64,000 nucleotides of DNA from an uncultured Chitinophagales bacterium. Lineage in GTDB: Bacteria; Bacteroidota; Bacteroidia; Chitinophagales; S012-47. This document shows, in pieces, positions 58,656-64,000 of this stretch (position 1 is its first letter; each line of letters starts with the position of its first letter). Where the stretch lies: the NCBI GenBank assembly GCA_964413685.1, contig CAYPSW010000002.1:29352-93351 (forward strand), given 5' to 3'. The notes beneath the pieces were generated by a model that saw only the letters and a program-made list of their open reading frames with translations, did no database searches and was not told the DNA's origin. Both the position numbers and the translations under genes were made by a program.

Positions 58656-58846
58656 TCCGATCTGCCGAAGTTTCCAATAGAATAATATTTGATAAGCATT
58701 CAATCTTTTCATTTTCAAGTTATTACTTTCGCCTATTCTCATAGGACGGAAAAAACGAAGCGAAATATCTGCTGTTTATCAATTAATTATGTTTGTTCCT
58801 TTTTGAAATTTTCAAGAAATCCTTGGTTTTCTGAAATCAATTCCAG

Positions 58847-58854
58847 TATCTTTG
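58847..58854 (+). promoter_or_regulatory. -7 box TATCTTTG upstream of rplM
   Basis: Exact TAnnTTTG, ending 31 nt upstream of the GTG start of rplM. Confidence 0.45.
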
Positions 58855-58885
58855 CAGTCCAATTTTAAAAATTAAAGATTAACAG

Positions 58886-59329
58886 GTGAACACTAATAGC
58901 TATAAAACTCGATCAGCTCGAAAAGAAGACATATCAAGAGACTGGTATCTTGTAGATGCTGAAGGGCAAACTTTGGGACGTATGTGTACTCAAATTGCCA
59001 TGATTCTTAGAGGGAAAAACAAAGCTTGTTTTACACCCCATGTTGACTGTGGCGATTACGTCATTGTCATAAATGCCGAGAAGGTCAAATTATCAGGCCA
59101 AAAAATTGATCAGAAAAAGTATCTCACTTATTCCGGATATCCGGGAGGCCAGAAAAGTAAAACTGCGAAACAAGTTCTTCGGCAAAAGCCAGAGAAGATT
59201 GTTGAACATGCTGTGATAGGAATGCTTCCGAAAACCAAATTGGGCAGTGCCACATTCAAAAAGTTATTTGTTTACACAGGGCCAGATCACAAGCACGATG
59301 CACAAAAACCTAAAACAATTAAATTCTAA
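58886..59329 (+). CDS. rplM: 50S ribosomal protein L13
   Basis: 147 aa. Contains RDWYLVDAEGQTLGR and TYSGYPGG. GTG start. Confidence 0.96.
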   Translation: MNTNSYKTRSARKEDISRDWYLVDAEGQTLGRMCTQIAMILRGKNKACFTPHVDCGDYVIVINAEKVKLSGQKIDQKKYLTYSGYPGGQKSKTAKQVLRQKPEKIVEHAVIGMLPKTKLGSATFKKLFVYTGPDHKHDAQKPKTIKF

Positions 59330-59331
59330 CA

Positions 59332-59718
59332 ATGGAAATACTTAATGCTACAGGAAGGCGAAAAAATGCTATTGCACGGGTTAATTTTAAACAGGGCAAA
59401 GGAAATATTACTATCAACAAGAAGGATTATAAAGACTACTTCTCTGCCAATCATTTGTTTTACAACATTGAAGATCCATTGAATATTTGTGATGTTGTTA
59501 AAGACTACGACATCATTGTAAATGTATCTGGTGGTGGAATCAAAGGACAGGCAGAAGCTATTCGTTTGGGAATGGCCAGAATTCTATGTGATATAAATCC
59601 TGAATTTAGAACACGATTAAAAGCTAAGGGATATCTCAAGCGCGATCCCCGTTCGGTTGAAAGAAAGAAACCAGGTTTAAGGAAAGCCAGAAAGAAAGAA
59701 CAATATTCAAAACGTTAA
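59332..59718 (+). CDS. rpsI: 30S ribosomal protein S9
   Basis: 128 aa. Contains GRRKNAIARV, GGGIKGQAEAIRLG, and the tail RKKPGLRKARKKEQYSKR. Confidence 0.97.
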   Translation: MEILNATGRRKNAIARVNFKQGKGNITINKKDYKDYFSANHLFYNIEDPLNICDVVKDYDIIVNVSGGGIKGQAEAIRLGMARILCDINPEFRTRLKAKGYLKRDPRSVERKKPGLRKARKKEQYSKR

Positions 59719-59755
59719 TCCTCCTAATCAATTATTTACAATCTATTCAGCAAAT

Positions 59756-60670
59756 ATGAATTCGATTAATACAAAAGAATTACTGGAAGCCGGAGTTCAT
59801 TTTGGACACCTGCGTAAGAAATGGAATCCTAAAATGCGCCCTTTTATCTTTATGGAGCGAAAGGGGATTCATATTATTGACCTAAATAAAACGCAGGAAA
59901 AGTTGCAAGAAGCTGCTGCTGCCATGAAGTCTATAGCACGTTCAGGTAAGAAAATTCTATTTGTGGCTACTAAAAAGCAAGCAAAAGAATTGGTAACTAA
60001 TGCTGCAAGAAGTGTGGATATGCCATATATGACCGAACGTTGGCCGGGCGGTATGTTGACCAATTTTTCTACTATTCGCAAATCCATCAAGAAAATGCAG
60101 GCCATTACTAAAATGCTTTCAGAAGAACCAACTGAGAAGTCAATTACCAAGAAGGAACGCCTTATATTAACCCGCGAAAGGGATAAAATGGAAAGAGTTT
60201 TAGGTGGAGTAAAACAGCTTAACCGAATTCCGTCAGCCATCTTTATCGTTGATATCTCAAATGAACATATTGCTTTGGCAGAATCCAGAAATTTAAATAT
60301 CACAACTTTCGCCATGGTAGATACCAACTCTGACCCTACAAAAGTTCATTTTCCTATTCCTGCAAATGATGATGCTACAAAATCTGTAGCGATTATTACA
60401 GATTTTTTGACGCAAGCTGTAAAAGAGGGATTGAAAGAAAGAAAATTAGCTAAAGAAGAGGCAGATGCAGTTCAAAAAGAGCAGGCTAATAAAAAAAGTT
60501 CAGAGCCCAAACCGGAAAAAGAAGTAGAGAGCAAACCTAAAAAAAGAATACAACGAAAACGTAAATCTGTTCATTCTGTAGAATCTGGTACAGAAGCAAA
60601 AAATAAAAATTCGGAAACTGCAAAGAAAAAGGAAACCGAAACTAAGGCCAAGCCAAAAGATCAGAAATAA
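59756..60670 (+). CDS. rpsB: 30S ribosomal protein S2 with a long Lys/Glu-rich C-terminal extension
   Basis: The N-terminal ~235 aa is a canonical S2 (LLEAGVHFGH, ILFVATKKQA, TERWPGGMLTN). It is followed by a low-complexity K/E/S tail of roughly 70 aa. Confidence 0.96.
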   Translation: MNSINTKELLEAGVHFGHLRKKWNPKMRPFIFMERKGIHIIDLNKTQEKLQEAAAAMKSIARSGKKILFVATKKQAKELVTNAARSVDMPYMTERWPGGMLTNFSTIRKSIKKMQAITKMLSEEPTEKSITKKERLILTRERDKMERVLGGVKQLNRIPSAIFIVDISNEHIALAESRNLNITTFAMVDTNSDPTKVHFPIPANDDATKSVAIITDFLTQAVKEGLKERKLAKEEADAVQKEQANKKSSEPKPEKEVESKPKKRIQRKRKSVHSVESGTEAKNKNSETAKKKETETKAKPKDQK

Positions 60671-60698
60671 TTTCTTAAATCAAGTTAAATAATTGAAC

Positions 60699-61529
60699 AT
60701 GACTATCACAGCAGCGGATGTCAATAAGCTTCGTAAGCAAACCGGAGCAGGAATGATGGATTGCAAGAAAGCCCTTGTTGAAACAAATGGCGATTTCGAA
60801 GCAGCTATTGATTATCTGAGAAAAAAAGGACAAAAAGTTTCTGAAAAAAGAGCAGGTAGAGAAGCTCGAGAAGGTGTTGTTATTGCAATAAGCAATACTG
60901 AACAAAACAGCGGTGTAGTATTGCATTTGAGTTGCGAAACTGATTTTGTTGCTAAAAATGCTGATTTTGTTGAATTTGCAAAATCATTGACCAATCTTGC
61001 TTTGAGTAAAGAAATTGAATCGACCGAAGAATTAATGAATCAGCAATTAAACGGAGTCAATGTGAGTGACCTGATTGTTGAACAAGTAGGTAAAATTGGA
61101 GAAAAAATTGAAGTGGCTCAATTTGCCCGAATTCATGGCGAATTGGTTGTTCCCTATATTCACGCAGGATATCGGATTGGCGTTTTATTGGCACTCAATA
61201 AAAAAGGATCTGAACAATTAGTGCTGACCGGAAAAGATATGGCTATGCAAATTGCAGCGATGAGTCCGGTTGCCGTTCGCCCTGAAGATGTTTCGGAAGA
61301 AATCAGGAATCATGAGTTTATGATTGGCCGCGAACAAGCGGTTGATGAAGGTAAACCTGAAAATCTTGTCGAAAAAATTGCTACTGGCCGTTTAAATAAA
61401 TTTCTGAAAGAAAACACCCTGATGAATCAACAATTTGTGAAAGACTCGTCAAAAACAGTGAGCCAAATGTTGAAAGAAATTGATCCTGATGCAGGGGTCA
61501 CTGGTTTTATACGATTTGCCATTGGCTAG
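60699..61529 (+). CDS. tsf: Translation elongation factor Ts
   Basis: MTITAADVNKLRKQTGAGMMDCKKAL UBA-like N-terminus. The ATG at 60699 is preferred over the TTG at 60693. Confidence 0.96.
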   Translation: MTITAADVNKLRKQTGAGMMDCKKALVETNGDFEAAIDYLRKKGQKVSEKRAGREAREGVVIAISNTEQNSGVVLHLSCETDFVAKNADFVEFAKSLTNLALSKEIESTEELMNQQLNGVNVSDLIVEQVGKIGEKIEVAQFARIHGELVVPYIHAGYRIGVLLALNKKGSEQLVLTGKDMAMQIAAMSPVAVRPEDVSEEIRNHEFMIGREQAVDEGKPENLVEKIATGRLNKFLKENTLMNQQFVKDSSKTVSQMLKEIDPDAGVTGFIRFAIG

Positions 61530-61537
61530 ATATTTTA

Positions 61538-61569
61538 AAAGAGGGAATTTTGATTCCCTCTTTTTTTTT
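61538..61569 (+). terminator. Rho-independent terminator after tsf
   Basis: Stem AGAGGGAAT/ATTCCCTCT with loop TTTG, followed by a run of nine T. Confidence 0.8.
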
Positions 61570-61583
61570 ACTTTTATTGCCGC

Positions 61584-62294
61584 ATGAATCTTCCCTACAA
61601 AAGAATTCTTCTAAAACTAAGTGGTGAGGCATTGCTGGGTAAAAAAAGCTACGGCATAGACCCTGCCCGTTTGCAAGATTATACTTCAGAGATTAAGGCT
61701 GTTTCTGAGTTGGGTGTTCAATTAGCCATTGTGATTGGCGGAGGTAATATTTTCAGAGGTTTACAGGGGCAGGAGAATGGAATTGGGCGAGCTCAGGGTG
61801 ATTATATGGGCATGCTTGCTACTGTTATTAACGGTATGGCATTACAAAGTGTGCTCGAAAATAATGGACTCAAAACACGGCTGATGTCTGCCATCGATAT
61901 GCAAGCTATTTGCGAACCATATATCCGTAGAAGAGCAATCAGGCATCTGGAAAAGGGTCGGATAGTAATTTTTGGTGCAGGAACAGGAAATCCATATTTT
62001 ACTACAGATACAGCGGCAACCCTACGAGCAGTTGAAATTAAAGCTGACATTATCCTGAAAGGTACACGGGTTGATGGAATCTATTCTGATGATCCGGAGA
62101 AGAGTAAAGAAGCGATTCGTTTTAATTCATTATCTTTTGATGAAGTGATTCAAAAAGATTTATCTGTAATGGACATGACTGCTTTCACACTCTGCAAAGA
62201 AAACAACTTACCTATTGTAGTATTTAATATGAATCAATCAGGAAACTTATTAAGCATTGCAGAAGGGAAGCACATTGGAACTATGGTTGTTTAA
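61584..62294 (+). CDS. pyrH: UMP kinase
   Basis: 236 aa. Contains [15 protein letters not shown] and the [13 protein letters not shown] motifs. Confidence 0.96.
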   Translation: MNLPYKRILLKLSGEALLGKKSYGIDPARLQDYTSEIKAVSELGVQLAIVIGGGNIFRGLQGQENGIGRAQGDYMGMLATVINGMALQSVLENNGLKTRLMSAIDMQAICEPYIRRRAIRHLEKGRIVIFGAGTGNPYFTTDTAATLRAVEIKADIILKGTRVDGIYSDDPEKSKEAIRFNSLSFDEVIQKDLSVMDMTAFTLCKENNLPIVVFNMNQSGNLLSIAEGKHIGTMVV

Positions 62295-62326
62295 TTACCA
62301 TCATTAAAAAATAAAACTCATTAGCT

Positions 62327-62893
62327 ATGTTAAGAGAAGAAGTTCAACTTTTTGTTGACGATGCTAAAGAAAAAATGGAAAAATCTGTGGTCCACCTCGA
62401 AGTTGAGCTACAAAAAATCAGGGCTGGGAAAGCATCTCCGGCACTTGTAGATGGTATTACCGTAGATTATTATGGTACTCAAACCCCTATTAATCAAGTT
62501 GCCAATATTATGACCCAGGATGCAAAAACACTAGTCATTCAACCTTGGGAAAAAAAGATGATTAGCCCTATTTCAAAAGCTGTTATGGCAGCAAATATTG
62601 GGATAACCCCTATGGAAGACGGTGAACTTATCCGATTAAATCTTCCACCATTAACTGAGGAAACAAGACATGATTTTGTAAAAAGGGTAAAGGCGATAGG
62701 AGAAGATTCGAAAATAGGTTTAAGAACAGCACGGCATGATGTAATCAGCGAAATTAAATTGATGAAAAAAGACGGTCTCGAAGAAGATATCGCCAAAAGA
62801 GCCGAAGATAAGATTGATGAATTAACAAAGAAATATTACAATTTGGTTGACGAACATATCAAAGCCAAGGAAGATCAAATTATGACTGTTTAG
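62327..62893 (+). CDS. frr: Ribosome recycling factor
   Basis: 188 aa. Contains LQKIRAGKASPALVD and the PPLTEE(T/R)R motif. Confidence 0.96.
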   Translation: MLREEVQLFVDDAKEKMEKSVVHLEVELQKIRAGKASPALVDGITVDYYGTQTPINQVANIMTQDAKTLVIQPWEKKMISPISKAVMAANIGITPMEDGELIRLNLPPLTEETRHDFVKRVKAIGEDSKIGLRTARHDVISEIKLMKKDGLEEDIAKRAEDKIDELTKKYYNLVDEHIKAKEDQIMTV

Positions 62894-62905
62894 TCGCAGC
62901 TGTAA

Positions 62906-64000
62906 TCAAGGTTTGATGATACCATATGTAAGACCCTGAATATTTTCCCCCATTTTCGCCTGGATTAATTGGATGCCATTGGCTGACTGAAACAATGGAA
63001 AACGATAGTTCCCTGCTTTATAAAATCCAAAATTCTGACGATAAACTAATTGACCGGTTATTGTATAATAATCAGCTTCAATTATACCGGGTTTTGCCAT
63101 CAAAACCATCCAATAATTGCCATCAATCATAAATGAGTTAATAGTTTCTTCAGCCGGTATGATACCGGTAGCATCTAATTGAGTACTGATTAAAAATCCA
63201 TCTGTATTGTGGTTGTAGAGTGTATCGTAACCTGTTCCGTCTAGAGGAAAATCAGCAGAATGCGTCCAACCGCTTAAGGTCAATTGACCGGGCTGTCCTA
63301 ATGCAATGGAAGATACTTCATCATCCAGACTGCCACCCAGATAGCTTGACTCAATCAACTTAGAAAGGTTGTTTGTGAATTTGATTGCGAAGCCCTCTGC
63401 ATACGATTGAGTAAATGATGTGTCGAAAGAAAAAGTATCAATCGGAAAATCATCAGACCATGTGCTACCACCTAAATAGAGAGCCCCGGTATTATCAATT
63501 TTCAATTCTGCTAGTTCTTCATTATTACTCCCGCCTACATACGTCCCGGTGATAATGCCTGTAAGAAGCGAATTAATTTTAAGAATAAAAATATCCGATT
63601 CACCATTTACGTGATAATCATAGGAATACGGTCCGAAGACTAATGAATCAGACCAGCTAATTCCTGCAATATATACATTTCCGTTTGGGTCAGTTTCAAT
63701 TTTTTTTGCCTGATCAAACAATACCCCACCATAATAACTGGAACCAACCAGTTGGGTCAGATCATTAGAAAACAAGGCCACTATGGCATCAGTAGCTCCT
63801 GAAAATGTATCCCGAAAAGCACTACTTGTTATTTCCAGTGAATTTGAATTTGTGCTTCCGGTAACATATATTTTTTGATCGGAAGATAAAGCAACATCAA
63901 ACAGATAATCATTACCTGGTGAGCCGTAAAAAGTAGAAGAAAGAATTTGATCTAATGCGGAAGATATTTTTAGTATAACACCATCACTTCCTCCTGAAAA
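62906..64000 (-). CDS. Beta-propeller (SBBP-type) repeat protein with a probable T9SS C-terminal domain; N-terminus lies beyond the window
   Basis: The reading frame stays open from 63781 to the window edge, with no in-frame stop on the minus strand. It shows repeated units of the type GG..DE......D..GN.Y..G.T.S.DFP. The C-terminal ~70 aa are beta-rich and CTD-like. Confidence 0.65.
   Translation of the reverse strand, partial: FSGGSDGVILKISSALDQILSSTFYGSPGNDYLFDVALSSDQKIYVTGSTNSNSLEITSSAFRDTFSGATDAIVALFSNDLTQLVGSSYYGGVLFDQAKKIETDPNGNVYIAGISWSDSLVFGPYSYDYHVNGESDIFILKINSLLTGIITGTYVGGSNNEELAELKIDNTGALYLGGSTWSDDFPIDTFSFDTSFTQSYAEGFAIKFTNNLSKLIESSYLGGSLDDEVSSIALGQPGQLTLSGWTHSADFPLDGTGYDTLYNHNTDGFLISTQLDATGIIPAEETINSFMIDGNYWMVLMAKPGIIEADYYTITGQLVYRQNFGFYKAGNYRFPLFQSANGIQLIQAKMGENIQGLTYGIIKP

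Noticed and set aside
59869-60327. 152-aa ORF antisense to rpsB, and the ORFs at 60675-60926 and 60812-60994 antisense to tsf
   Set aside because: They lie inside highly conserved ribosomal and translation-factor genes and are compositional artefacts.
1-64000. Search for CRISPR arrays, IS/transposase genes, integrases, toxin-antitoxin pairs, restriction-modification or other defence modules, tRNA/rRNA genes
   Set aside because: I found none. No spaced direct repeats, no DDE/tyrosine-recombinase-like ORFs and no nuclease/ATPase/methylase pairs are present. The intergenic regions are too short and lack tRNA-like sequences.

Overview
This is an AT-rich, densely packed chromosomal segment. I attribute it to a Bacteroidota organism for three reasons: a SprA-type type IX secretion (T9SS) translocon, three proteins with T9SS C-terminal sorting domains, and recurrent TAnnTTTG -7 promoter boxes. 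I support about 54 protein-coding genes. I found no rRNA, tRNA, CRISPR array, transposase, integrase or recognisable defence genes.

The content is mostly housekeeping:
- One-carbon and methionine metabolism: metH behind a clear SAM-I riboswitch, metF, glyA, gcvH.
- Translation: prfA, gatA, and the block rplM-rpsI-rpsB-tsf-pyrH-frr.
- Envelope and lipid genes: lpxH, a murF-alr fusion, a LysM lytic transglycosylase, an M23 peptidase, tatA, tonB, cdsA, psd, and a Wzx-like flippase.
- Others: ftsH, ruvA, maeB, gdhA, dut, dusB.
- Nineteen consecutive genes (14460-40612) lie on the minus strand.

I do not see a convincing novel multi-gene system, and the window looks like core genome. The best leads are modest:
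1. An insulated two-gene operon pairing a 3beta-HSD-like SDR with a steroid-5-alpha-reductase-family membrane protein (45896-47697).
2. A small secreted Cys/His-rich protein with a duplicated HKSCCS motif, overlapping the end of psd (52574-52888).
3. A 1676-aa T9SS cargo protein combining MAM domains and a beta-helix.
4. An orphan, elongated GroES-like gene.
5. A conserved-looking envelope trio of TPR protein, LolB-like lipoprotein and M23 peptidase.

All functional calls come from motif and architecture recognition by eye. No database search was possible.
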